Positions 35,109-44,094 are shown, numbered from the stretch's first letter. The stretch is DNA of 64,000 nt from Candidatus Micrarchaeota archaeon (GCA_016212395.1 JACRGF010000007.1:1910-65909); one strand, 5' to 3'. Numbers and translations: made by a program. The notes: generated by a model not told the origin, from the sequence alone.

Positions 35109-38100
35109 CTACCATCCGCCGAGCGTTGCTTGTTTTCCCAGTCCTTTCAACTCGTGCTCGTCCACTCCTAATTCGCTTAGTATTTTCATTACTGACGGGA
35201 GAATTTGGTTTTCAATGTAGTAATTCGGGTCGTAGTCTTTCGCTAATTCCACTACTATTGACCTGTCGCTCACTCGTTCTCCTCCGCTTTTTCCAACAAC
35301 GTAGTCTATTACTGCTCCTTCTTCTATTCGAATTCCTTTTTCTTTCGCCCTGATTGCTGCAGTTACTTCAGGGCTTAGAATTTCATACTTTCCAATCTTC
35401 TTTCTCAACTGCGTGTGTATTACCAGCTTCTCGAGAGGCACTTTCCCTTCCTTCAATTCTTTAATCACTTTCTTGACTATCTCGACTGCTTTTTCCTTGC
35501 TTCCTTTTTTCAGGATGCTTTCAAGCACTGCCGACTGCGTTTCTTTCGCTAAGTCGCTCCAGTCCCTGCGCACCAGTTCGAAACCGCGGATTTTTATTTT
35601 CCCGTCCTCGCGCAACAGCGCATATTTCTTTTTAGCGCCTTTCTCCCCGTCCCCGCTCGCTCCAGTCTTTTTCCCCACAAACACTCCGCGCGGGTAGAAT
35701 GCTTCCAGCTCCAGCTCCATTCCCTTCGGCAGTTCAGCGTTCACTTTCCGCATGAACTCTAACGCTTGCTCGCGTGTTTTTTTTCCCAATTGCAAGAATA
35801 CAGAATCAGTATTATGAAGCAGGATTTGCCCGCACGAGTCAACGAAATTGTGCGTGCCTTCGACGTTCAAGTCATAAACAAAACCATCGTACTCTTGTTC
35901 TTCGATTTGTGCATGCAGTTTGGGAGTGTGTTTCGAGCAAGTGGTGATAATATACGTCTGCTTATCTTGCCTAAACCTCATCGAATATTTTTTTCCAAGC
36001 ATTGGCAGCAGCAGCGTGAGCCCGCAAGCGAGTTGAAGCGATTTTGTTTCCAGCGTGAAGTTGTTTTGCTTGTATTCTTCAGTGTAGCGTGGGTCTTTAG
36101 TGATCGAGCCGTCGCCTTTGAGAAAGTTTTCCAAAATTATTTTCCGGTATTTTTCAGGAACATGAAAAGCAAATCCAGGAAGCTTTTTTCCAGAGCTTTT
36201 CTGCCCGCACAACTGCTTGAAGAAAACCGCTGAAAGCGCGTTCATCATCTGCAGTTTTAGCGTCTTGTCCACGTAAGTCACGCTATTCTTTTTTCCCTTC
36301 ATCGTAGTGTAATTAAGTTGCCTTTGTTTTTTCATTGATTGGATTATGCTTGCCTTCACGTTTGAAAAAAGTGAGTGGTAATCCTTCTTGAGCTGTTCCA
36401 GCCACGCTTTGTCACTTGCAGAAATGCTTGCGCCTAGCCTGCTCGTTGTAGTTTCCGGAGTGGAAGCGCTTCCTTCTGCAATGTAAGCGCCGAGAAGCCT
36501 GCAAAGCGCTTCAAATTCCTTGCTCTCAACTTGGATAAACCGCTTTAGCAGCACTGTGGATTTTTTTCGCATCCAGCCGAAAAACACATGTTCTCCATTC
36601 GGAGTGAGCTGGACTCTGCGCGTTTTGCTTCTATTCTTGTAAACAAATGCATTCTCATATCGTTTAAGCAATTCATAGAAATCTATTTTCTGCATTTGTT
36701 TGAGGGGTGGAATTCGTTCGACTCGCACCATCGCGTTTTCAAGCATTTCTCGAGGTTTTGCTTCGACGAGCTGATTATTTTTTTCTATCATAAACGAGTG
36801 GTCTTCAGTTACCCTCGTTTCCCCGTATTTCTGGCTGACTTTGAAAACCCGCTTGTTCGCCTTGTGCCTAATCGCTTCTTTTACGTTTCCCCACGTTGTT
36901 TTGCCAGTCAGCTGGTCAACGCCAAGCGCTTTAAATCCTTTCAAGCTTGCAACTTCTTTTTCTCCGACTTTTTCAGAGCGCTCGGAATTTTCTTCAAACA
37001 ATTCGCTTATCCTCTTGATTTCAACCATTCCTTGCGGGTTGAGCAGCGTCACGAACCTGTCGCCAGTTACGCTATCCCCATACGTTACCTCAAACCCTTC
37101 TTTCCCTGCTTTTTCAATCACGTCATTAATATAATGCCTGCCCCACGCTGTAATCGCTTCCCCGCACTCGCGCGAGTACCACCTGGCGCGCGCGAAGCGG
37201 AACATTCCGTACACGGAGTTTGAAAGAATTTTCAACGCTTGAGAGCGCGCTTCAAGCATCTTCAATTTCCCTTCGTCCTTGCATTCTCTTATTTCTCCCT
37301 TCAGTTTTTTTCTCCTCTCAACCAACTCCTCGAGCGTGTTTGGAATCAATCCTTTCTTTTTCGAGCAGAACGCGTGCCCGTTCGGCGAAACGAACGCTTC
37401 CTTTTTCGAACAGCACGAGCAATTGAGCGTCGCGTTATCCACGTTGTGCGACGTGATGATTGAAGGGTACAGCGATCGGAAGTCGAACACTGCCAAATTC
37501 TCGTAAATTCCAGGCGTAGGCATTTTCACGAACGCTCCTTCAATTACTGCATCCCTTCTCCCTTCAGCCTCGTCGCCTCCGGGCTTGTTCGGCGCAATCA
37601 TTCCCGCATTGTGCGCCTTGTTTAGCAAAAGCATTTCAACAAGCTGTCCGCTCGTCATTCCCGCCACATCAAACAAAGGAAGCTTCACCAACTTGCACAA
37701 CTCGTACTGTAAAGGCATGATTTTCAACGCGATTTCGCGCGTTGCCTGCGCGTCTTTCAGCGAATACTCCGCTAATTTCGGCAGTTGCTTTTCGTCGTCC
37801 CACATGCGCCAAATCTCGCGTTTTTCCACTTCCTCCTTCCACCCTTCCTTTTCTCCTGCAACCAACTCCGAGTACGCTTCCCCGAGCGTGTACCTGAAGC
37901 CCTTCAACGCTCCTATCATTCCCATAAACCGAATGACGGGGTACAAGTCAACGTGAATCCTCCCCGTAATCTTTGCCGTATTCACCATTCCTCTTCTTCT
38001 CAAAAGAATTCCGCTCCCATCTCTTCCAAAGCTCAAGCTTTTTCCAAGCGCTTTCGCTCGCGCCTTCAAGTAAGAAAAGTCAAACGCTGCTGAATTATAG

Positions 38101-38801
38101 CCCACAAGCAACTCAACGTCTTTTTCTTTCAACAGCCTGCAAAACTCTGCAAGCATCGCCTTCTCGTCCGCAAGAATTTTCACGAACTTCCGTGCGATGG
38201 GCTTCCACGAGAGCACTCCGCTCTCCTCGTCGGCAAAACTCACCATCACCACTGGGTCTATATTCTCGCGTGGCATTCCGCTCGGGTTGTACGTTTCAAT
38301 GTCAAAAGACATCAAGCGAAGGCTTGGAACAACTTCCTTCTCCTCTCCAATGCTCACGACGTTCTTTCCTTTTCTCTTTACTTCATACTCGTTGAACGGC
38401 GTGAGCTTTTTGTCAATCAAGTACCTTCTTCCGAACAAAATGTTGTCTTCATACGTTGCGCCGAACTCGCGCGCCTTCTCGCGCAAAAGCACGACGTGCG
38501 AAGGGTGCACGCACACTGCCCGCAGAACTTTCTTTTTCTCTCCAAGCAACTCCTTTTCAACTTCCTCTATCCTCTCAAACTTCACTTCATTTCCCTGGTT
38601 GTCCTTCACGCTTATTTTTTCAAGCTCTTTCCTCGCGTGCTCTAGTTCTCCCTTCTTGTTCACGTCAACAAAAAAATAGGGCTCGAACTTCTCGTCGTAG
38701 AGCCTGAAGAAACGCTTGCGCTTGAACACTAACCTAATCACTGCCCTTCCTGCCTTCGTAATGTAATCTGCATCAATAAGCATTGCCCGCAAGCTCTTCA
38801 T
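35109..38801 (-). CDS. polB: Family B DNA polymerase (intein-containing precursor, 1230 aa; extein about 809 aa)
   Basis: Exo I FDIETYN, Pol A DFRSLYPSII and Pol B KILSNSVYG are present. Pol C is split as YGD | intein | TDSVF. There is a C-terminal PIP-like KQATLGGW. Confidence 0.95.
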   Translation of the reverse strand: MKSLRAMLIDADYITKAGRAVIRLVFKRKRFFRLYDEKFEPYFFVDVNKKGELEHARKELEKISVKDNQGNEVKFERIEEVEKELLGEKKKVLRAVCVHPSHVVLLREKAREFGATYEDNILFGRRYLIDKKLTPFNEYEVKRKGKNVVSIGEEKEVVPSLRLMSFDIETYNPSGMPRENIDPVVMVSFADEESGVLSWKPIARKFVKILADEKAMLAEFCRLLKEKDVELLVGYNSAAFDFSYLKARAKALGKSLSFGRDGSGILLRRRGMVNTAKITGRIHVDLYPVIRFMGMIGALKGFRYTLGEAYSELVAGEKEGWKEEVEKREIWRMWDDEKQLPKLAEYSLKDAQATREIALKIMPLQYELCKLVKLPLFDVAGMTSGQLVEMLLLNKAHNAGMIAPNKPGGDEAEGRRDAVIEGAFVKMPTPGIYENLAVFDFRSLYPSIITSHNVDNATLNCSCCSKKEAFVSPNGHAFCSKKKGLIPNTLEELVERRKKLKGEIRECKDEGKLKMLEARSQALKILSNSVYGMFRFARARWYSRECGEAITAWGRHYINDVIEKAGKEGFEVTYGDSVTGDRFVTLLNPQGMVEIKRISELFEENSERSEKVGEKEVASLKGFKALGVDQLTGKTTWGNVKEAIRHKANKRVFKVSQKYGETRVTEDHSFMIEKNNQLVEAKPREMLENAMVRVERIPPLKQMQKIDFYELLKRYENAFVYKNRSKTRRVQLTPNGEHVFFGWMRKKSTVLLKRFIQVESKEFEALCRLLGAYIAEGSASTPETTTSRLGASISASDKAWLEQLKKDYHSLFSNVKASIIQSMKKQRQLNYTTMKGKKNSVTYVDKTLKLQMMNALSAVFFKQLCGQKSSGKKLPGFAFHVPEKYRKIILENFLKGDGSITKDPRYTEEYKQNNFTLETKSLQLACGLTLLLPMLGKKYSMRFRQDKQTYIITTCSKHTPKLHAQIEEQEYDGFVYDLNVEGTHNFVDSCGQILLHNTDSVFLQLGKKTREQALEFMRKVNAELPKGMELELEAFYPRGVFVGKKTGASGDGEKGAKKKYALLREDGKIKIRGFELVRRDWSDLAKETQSAVLESILKKGSKEKAVEIVKKVIKELKEGKVPLEKLVIHTQLRKKIGKYEILSPEVTAAIRAKEKGIRIEEGAVIDYVVGKSGGERVSDRSIVVELAKDYDPNYYIENQILPSVMKILSELGVDEHELKGLGKQATLGGW
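35811..37073 (-). mobile_element. Intein (421 aa) with a LAGLIDADG homing-endonuclease domain, inserted in polymerase motif C
   Basis: It begins with Ser (SVTGDRFVTLL) directly after YGD and ends LLHN, followed by a +1 Thr (TDSVF). Internal motifs LLGAYIAEGSAS and ENFLKGDGS are present. Confidence 0.85.
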
Positions 38802-38823
38802 GCTAAAAAAAGCGCTCCCAACG

Positions 38824-38832
38824 CTTAAATAC
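38824..38832 (-). promoter_or_regulatory. TATA box for leaderless polB
   Basis: gtatttaag on the minus strand, centred about 27 nt upstream of the polB ATG (38801). Confidence 0.5.
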
Positions 38833-38839
38833 TATTCCA

Positions 38840-38847
38840 TTAAATAC
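38840..38847 (+). promoter_or_regulatory. TATA box for coiled-coil paralog 1
   Basis: Upstream sequence ccaTTAAATACtcGAAAAGCCa with the ATG 23 nt downstream. It shares the module with 40266 and 41112. Confidence 0.55.
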
Positions 38848-38869
38848 TCGAAAAGCCATAATCTATTCA

Positions 38870-40252
38870 ATGGCTCTGGCAAGCAAGAGCGCTAGTGGGA
38901 GAACGCGCGCCGAAAGCAGTAATCAACCTACTGCGCCTAGAACCCGCGCCGTAACTGTTAGAAACAGGCCAGGCGCGCTCGCCCAAACGCCTCCTCGCGC
39001 TTCCGATGCTTCAACTGCTTCTGCTGGAAGAACAGCAACGAAAAAAACAGTGCAGCCTCGCGCAAGCAGAGTAAAAAAACCAGTCAAAACCACTGCTTCT
39101 GTTTCTTCTTCTAATTCGAGGAAACAGCTTGCTGTAGCGCGCAGGGAGTTGAAAGAAAAAACGCGTGCTGCTGAAGAGTTGTCTTCGCGCTTGGACGCTC
39201 TTTCCGCTTCTGTGGCTGTTTTGACGCAAGCTCGCGCTGAAGCAGTAAGGCAAGCGACGTTCGCTGCTGAAGACGCGTTCGCCGCGCAGGCGAAAAACAA
39301 GCGTTTGGAAGAAAAACTCGCTGTATTAGAAAGCACGAGCAGAAAACTGGAGGACACTGAAAAGCGTTTGAATGAAGCGCTTGCAAAACTTTCTTCAGCT
39401 GCTAGACTCACTCGACTAATGGCTGACGCGAACCGCGCTGCATTGAAGGAAAATGATGGTTTGAAAGCGAAAAATGCGCGTGTTGAAAGCGAAGCAGCCC
39501 GAGATAATGCTTCGTTTGAAAATCTTTGCTCTTCACTCCGCGAAGCAGACAGGGACGCGCAACGTTTGCGCAAGAGCGTGGAAGCGCTCTCGAAAGAACG
39601 CATTGAGCTCAAGAAACAGCAGCTCCGAGCGCTCAGGCAGATTGAATCAATGCGCCACGACCGCCAGGAATTATTGCTGGCGCAAACAAAACTTCGAGCT
39701 GTTGAAAAGCAAGTGGATGATTTGGCTGGAGAATTGACTAAAGCGTGCACTGAACTTCAGGCAAAAACGCGTGCAATGGAACTTCTTGAAAAAAACCTTG
39801 CAAATTCAGAGTCTGAACGACAACGCAGCACTGCAAAGAAAGAAGCAGCAGCTTACCTCGTGGCAGAGTTAAAAACGCAACTTGCCAACGCAAAAGATGA
39901 AATCGCGCGCCTCAAGCAGGCTAATCAAGACCTCGCCACTGAAATAGACGCGTTAAGAGACAGCAGCATGCGCGAAAGAGACGCGCGCGGTTTTACAACC
40001 GTAGAAACCAACAGGGCTTTCGAAGGAAGAATACTCGCGCTCGAACAACAATTGGAAGCTTCAAGAACGCAAGTACAAGAGCTTCTAAGACAACTAAGCA
40101 CTGCACAAACAGGCAAAACACGAACCAGGCAACTGGAACTGCAACTCGAAGAAGCACGCCACCAACTCACGCTCGCCTTGGAACAAAACACTGGACGAGC
40201 AAGTCCATTAACTGCCTCTGCAAAAACAGGCGAACCTGAAAAGCTAGACTAG
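38870..40252 (+). CDS. Coiled-coil protein with a basic Arg/Thr/Ala/Ser-rich N-tail (paralog 1, no TM)
   Basis: 460-aa ORF. About 80 aa of low-complexity basic tail (GRTRAESSNQPTAPRTRAVTVRNRPG...RTATKKTVQPRASRVKKP), followed by long heptad-like Ala/Glu/Leu/Lys/Arg sequence. Confidence 0.6.
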   Translation: MALASKSASGRTRAESSNQPTAPRTRAVTVRNRPGALAQTPPRASDASTASAGRTATKKTVQPRASRVKKPVKTTASVSSSNSRKQLAVARRELKEKTRAAEELSSRLDALSASVAVLTQARAEAVRQATFAAEDAFAAQAKNKRLEEKLAVLESTSRKLEDTEKRLNEALAKLSSAARLTRLMADANRAALKENDGLKAKNARVESEAARDNASFENLCSSLREADRDAQRLRKSVEALSKERIELKKQQLRALRQIESMRHDRQELLLAQTKLRAVEKQVDDLAGELTKACTELQAKTRAMELLEKNLANSESERQRSTAKKEAAAYLVAELKTQLANAKDEIARLKQANQDLATEIDALRDSSMRERDARGFTTVETNRAFEGRILALEQQLEASRTQVQELLRQLSTAQTGKTRTRQLELQLEEARHQLTLALEQNTGRASPLTASAKTGEPEKLD

Positions 40253-40265
40253 CAAACTCGCGCCT

Positions 40266-40274
40266 TTAAATACG
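40266..40274 (+). promoter_or_regulatory. TATA box for coiled-coil paralog 2
   Basis: Upstream sequence ccTTTAAATACgaGAAAAGCCa, with the ATG at 40295. Confidence 0.55.
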
Positions 40275-40294
40275 AGAAAAGCCAACACTTTACT

Positions 40295-41101
40295 ATGCCT
40301 AAGCAAGCAAGAACTCCAGCTAGAACTGGCGGAACACTTGAACAAGCAACTGCCATTGGAATACGCAAACAAGCATCTACCTCCAGAAAGCCTGCTGCAA
40401 CTGGAAGGCAACGTGCTCCAGCGTCCACTGCTTCCCGCGCAACTGCTTCTGCAGAAAGAACTGCTGCTAAAAGAACTGCACGGCCTCGCGCAAGCAAAGC
40501 AAGTGCTCCAGCGTCTTCAGCCTCTCTCGAACAATTCCAAAAAGAGCGCGCTGAGCTCGAACGCAGAATTGAAGACTTGAAAGCAGAAGTTGGCGCTTTA
40601 AGGGAATACATTCGAACTAAAGTTGAAGGCGGGAATGCAGGAGTTAGTGAAATGATTGTTAGAATGAAAGAGGATTTAACACGCGTTTCCAGAGAACTCG
40701 AGCTTTCGAACGCTCGCCTCTCGCTGTTGAATGATGCTTCAAGCAAACTAACTTCAAGGCGTGATGCTGCTGTAGAGAAAGAAGAAACTGCTTTAGCTGA
40801 AGCATCACGCCTGCGCGGACAAGTTTCTTTCTTAACTCAACAACTCGAGGAAGCGCGAGTGCAAATAGCTTTAATGCAGCCTGAACTCGAACAACTGCGC
40901 AAAGCCAGAGAAATAGTTGAAAAACAAGCTGAACTCGAGAAATTCGAGCAGAGCAAGAACAAAGCACGCGCTCTCTTTAACACTGCTGTTTTCCTCGCAA
41001 TACTCTCCGGCTTGGTTTTCGCAGGCTCGGTTATCTACGCTCGCCTTGCAACAATGCACGCGACTCAAAACGCTTGCGAGCAAACGACAAATCCACAATA
41101 A
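40295..41101 (+). CDS. Coiled-coil protein with a basic N-tail and C-terminal TM anchor (paralog 2)
   Basis: 268-aa ORF. Tail ARTPARTGG...RKPAATGRQRAP...RTAAKRTARPRASKASAP and C-terminal helix ALFNTAVFLAILSGLVFAGSVIY. Confidence 0.6.
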   Translation: MPKQARTPARTGGTLEQATAIGIRKQASTSRKPAATGRQRAPASTASRATASAERTAAKRTARPRASKASAPASSASLEQFQKERAELERRIEDLKAEVGALREYIRTKVEGGNAGVSEMIVRMKEDLTRVSRELELSNARLSLLNDASSKLTSRRDAAVEKEETALAEASRLRGQVSFLTQQLEEARVQIALMQPELEQLRKAREIVEKQAELEKFEQSKNKARALFNTAVFLAILSGLVFAGSVIYARLATMHATQNACEQTTNPQ

Positions 41102-41111
41102 AACTACTCCC

Positions 41112-41120
41112 TTTAAATAC
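41112..41120 (+). promoter_or_regulatory. TATA box for coiled-coil paralog 3
   Basis: Upstream sequence ccTTTAAATACttGAAAACGCa, with the ATG at 41143. Confidence 0.55.
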
Positions 41121-41142
41121 TTGAAAACGCATAACTCTACTT

Positions 41143-42666
41143 ATGACTGCACAGCGTGGGGGAAGCCGAACACCCAGAAGGGAAGCTATTCTTAACGCTC
41201 CAGCTCGAGCAAGCAGAACTGCTCGCGCCAGTGCGGAAAGCGTTGAAACCGCGCGTGCCGGGCAATCTAAAACAACTGCAGCTGGTTCTCGCGCTGCTAA
41301 AAAAGCTGCCAAGCCCAAGCCTGTTTCAGTGAAAACAACTCGAACGCGCTTGAACAAGCAAATCGATTTACTCAAACAATCATTGCAAGAAAAGCAAAAG
41401 CAATTGGAAGGCATCAACAAGAGAATTGTTGAAGCGAAGAAAGGAAAGAAAATTCCTGCGCAACTCTCTCGCGAAAAGACTGCTGCAGACGCTGAAATTC
41501 AAGTTATTCAAGGACAATTGACTGTTGCGCGCGAGCAATTAAATGCTACTTACAAGCGAAAGCCGGCAAAAAGCAGGGAACAAACACAGGCACAGCTGAA
41601 AGCGCAATCGCCTTTAACTGTTGTTGCGGTTGATGGAGACTTGCTTGGAGCTGCGAAAACAGAGGCGAAACTCGAACTGTCGCGTGCGAATGGCGAGTTT
41701 GAACGCGTGTCCAAGGAATTAGAAGACGCGCTAAAGCGCGTGGAGAAAGTGGTTGCTGAACGCAACTCGCTCGCTGAAGCGAAAACAGCTGCTGAACTGC
41801 TCATAACTAAAACTGCTCAAGACCTCGAGGCAGTAAGGAAAGAATTAGACGAGTTGAAAGCACGCAAGCCACTTCAAATCGAGAAAATCGTGTTCGACCA
41901 TAATGAATTAACTGAAGCTCGAGCAAGAATTCGGGAATTGGAAGGAAGATTAGATTCTACTGGAGACAGTGATTCAACGTCTGCGCCTTCAACTTCTTCT
42001 AGAACGTCGAAGAAAGCGAGGATTGAACAGCTTGAAGCGCAGTTGCAAGAGAGGGAACAGCGGTTGGAGCGGGCTGAAAAAACGCTTCAAGAAATTTCAT
42101 TGAAAATGAGCGATTTTCTGAAGGGCTTCCGCGGGGACTCTGACAGTGAAAAAACTGAAGTTGTAAACGTTAGAAAGCAAATCTCCACGCTGTTTGCAAT
42201 AATCAGGAGGCAACGCGAGATTATAGAAACATTAAGGAAACGCGTTGAAACTGTTAATGCTGAATTTGCAGAGCTTAAAGCAAAAACCACTCCTCCAAGC
42301 ATATCTGAAGTTGTTGGCTTGAGAAAGCACGCGGGCAGGATGGAGTGGCTTGCCATCGGGCTGTTTATCGCGCTTGGGGCGAGCAACGTTGGCTGGATGG
42401 CTTACAACAAGTTCTACAAGCCTGCAGCGCAAGAGCAGACTCTTGGCTATAACGATGCGTACAGTGATTCAGCGCCTAGTGGTTTGCGTGCAGAACCTGA
42501 AACAGCTCGTGGGGCAGCATACGAATTGTTTGATACTACTCCTGAAGAAGTGAGGCAGACGTTGGCTAACGCAGGCAAAAAAACGTTCAGCATTGTAGGC
42601 GGCGTGCTTTTGCTGGCTGGTGCAGTGTGGTCGTGGCTTCGTTTCAGGGGCAAGCCTTCTCACTAA
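41143..42666 (+). CDS. Coiled-coil protein with a basic N-tail and two C-terminal TM helices (paralog 3)
   Basis: 507-aa ORF. Tail GGSRTPRREA...ARASRTARASAE...SRAAKKAAKPKP. TM helices WLAIGLFIALGASNVGWMAY and FSIVGGVLLLAGAVWSWL. Confidence 0.6.
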   Translation: MTAQRGGSRTPRREAILNAPARASRTARASAESVETARAGQSKTTAAGSRAAKKAAKPKPVSVKTTRTRLNKQIDLLKQSLQEKQKQLEGINKRIVEAKKGKKIPAQLSREKTAADAEIQVIQGQLTVAREQLNATYKRKPAKSREQTQAQLKAQSPLTVVAVDGDLLGAAKTEAKLELSRANGEFERVSKELEDALKRVEKVVAERNSLAEAKTAAELLITKTAQDLEAVRKELDELKARKPLQIEKIVFDHNELTEARARIRELEGRLDSTGDSDSTSAPSTSSRTSKKARIEQLEAQLQEREQRLERAEKTLQEISLKMSDFLKGFRGDSDSEKTEVVNVRKQISTLFAIIRRQREIIETLRKRVETVNAEFAELKAKTTPPSISEVVGLRKHAGRMEWLAIGLFIALGASNVGWMAYNKFYKPAAQEQTLGYNDAYSDSAPSGLRAEPETARGAAYELFDTTPEEVRQTLANAGKKTFSIVGGVLLLAGAVWSWLRFRGKPSH

Positions 42667-42718
42667 AGCTTGTAGAACGAGTTTTCAAGAGTTTTTATTA
42701 CGTGGCTGTTTTTTTGTT

Positions 42719-43300
42719 TCAAACGCCTTTCTTTTTTATTACCGCGATTTCTCCGAGGCTGACTTCTCCTTCTATTGGCTTGTCGTTTATTCCCAAGTCT
42801 TCCATCATTTTCACTCGTTTTTCTTCGAGTTCTTTGCGTTTGCGTTCCCTGCGCGTTGCTTCGCGTGCTTCAGCATCCTTCTCGTTCAATTCGTCGCGGT
42901 ATGATTTTGCTTCTGCTTTCAACTGCTGTATTTCCTTCTCCAGCAAGTTCCTTTCGTCCGTCAATTGCCGAACGTCTCCTTCTACTAGGAATAGTTTGCG
43001 TCGTTTCCGTTCTATTTCGCCTGCTTTTTCGAGTTTTGCTTGAATGTCGCGGATTTCCTTCATCATTTTGCGTTCTGCCTGGAGGTTCGTGGACTCTGTC
43101 GCAATCCTGAACTCTATTTCGTTAAGCGTTCTTTTCAAGCGCCTGTACTCGTCAGTGTTTTCCCTCGACAGTATTTCCTTCAAGGCTTTCGCTTCGTAGT
43201 TCTTGTAGTTGAGCCTCGAATCGAGTTCTTTCGCCTTGCTTATCAGTTCAAACTTTCGTTTTTCCAAAGCGTCTATGCGTTGTTGTGCGTCTGTTTCCAA
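42719..43300 (-). CDS. Archaeal coiled-coil protein (COG1340-like)
   Basis: 193-aa highly charged heptad sequence. TTG start with a GAGGGG Shine-Dalgarno-like element upstream. Confidence 0.55.
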   Translation of the reverse strand: METDAQQRIDALEKRKFELISKAKELDSRLNYKNYEAKALKEILSRENTDEYRRLKRTLNEIEFRIATESTNLQAERKMMKEIRDIQAKLEKAGEIERKRRKLFLVEGDVRQLTDERNLLEKEIQQLKAEAKSYRDELNEKDAEAREATRRERKRKELEEKRVKMMEDLGINDKPIEGEVSLGEIAVIKKKGV

Positions 43301-43358
43301 AAAAAGCCCCTCATTCGAAACGTTTTTAACCCTTGTTTTTCATAATAGTTTGCTTTAT

Positions 43359-43490
43359 CGGCAAGCTATTTTGGCTTGCCGAGCATTCGACGTCAGTCGA
43401 ATTTTATGCTCGACTTCTTCGATCTGCCTTCGGGCAGCAAAACTGGTCGCCTTGCCAGCGCTTTCGAGCGCTGGCCTAATTTTCACGACC
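43359..43490. ncRNA. Candidate structured RNA or palindromic-element cluster (four consecutive perfect hairpins); identity and strand unknown
   Basis: Hairpins: cggcaagc/gcttgccg (43359-43381); gagcat[tcgac-gtca-gtcga]..atgctc (43381-43411); ctgcc-TTCG-ggcag (43424-43437); ggtcg..[gccagcgc-tttcga-gcgctggc]..cgacc (43445-43490). They lie in a 366-nt gap with no credible ORF. Confidence 0.3.
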
Positions 43491-43666
43491 CCTAAAATCC
43501 TTCATAACCGTTTTCCCAAATCCACTGGTTTTATTGCTTACTCTCAGTGTTTTAGTTCTTCACTCTCGTTGTTTATCTCAAGCATTTGCAATTCATCAAC
43601 TGAAGTAACTTTTTGAAGGTTTTCATTAGCAGTTCAAGTTTTATAAACAAATCGCTGGATGCAATC

Positions 43667-44038
43667 TCACTCGTGTGCTAGTTCGACTAATGGTTGCGGG
43701 ACTTCAAGAATTCTTATTGCTTCAAGCGCGAGCTGCGCGTGTACGTCTTTATTATGTGCTTTCTGCAATATTCTTTTAAGTTCTGCCAGCTCTCTCTGGC
43801 TGCCTTCACTCGTGAGCGTGTAATCTCTAATGTCCAACGAACCTGTTTGCTTGCCTTTGCGGAGTCGCAGGCTAAAGCACGAGGTAGCGCATGAACCAAA
43901 CATGTTCTCGCAAGAGTTGTCTCTTTCAATCCAAAATCGCAGTACGCGCCCTTTCGTTGTTAAACTGACTGCATTTGTCGTTGTTACGCCGCGTCTGACG
44001 TGTACTCCGGACGCAATGCATTGAGCTTGAGCAGCCAT
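43667..44038 (-). CDS. Hypothetical protein
   Basis: The start was trimmed to MAAQAQC at 44038. This is 28 nt from the shared palindromic TATA box and removes the overlap with rtcA. Confidence 0.35.
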   Translation of the reverse strand: MAAQAQCIASGVHVRRGVTTTNAVSLTTKGRVLRFWIERDNSCENMFGSCATSCFSLRLRKGKQTGSLDIRDYTLTSEGSQRELAELKRILQKAHNKDVHAQLALEAIRILEVPQPLVELAHE

Positions 44039-44061
44039 GCTCTTTTTTACGTCTTTTCCAG

Positions 44062-44069
44062 TATTTAAA
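44062..44069. promoter_or_regulatory. Single TATTTAAA/TTTAAATA box equidistant from two divergent leaderless start codons
   Basis: The box centre is about 28 nt from the ATG at 44038 (minus strand) and about 29 nt from the ATG at 44095 (plus strand). Confidence 0.5.
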
Positions 44070-44094
44070 CGTTCGCGTGTTAATCTCGTGTTGT

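Noticed and set aside
43359-43490. Identification of the hairpin cluster as RNase P RNA, SRP RNA or 5S rRNA
   Set aside because: None of the universally conserved motifs of these RNAs could be found on either strand. It is kept only as an unnamed candidate.
43209-43616. 135-aa plus-strand ORF across the hairpin cluster
   Set aside because: It overlaps the end of the coiled-coil gene, and its reading frame is created by palindromic DNA. Its Ser/Leu/Cys-rich product has no motif. I treat the region as non-coding.
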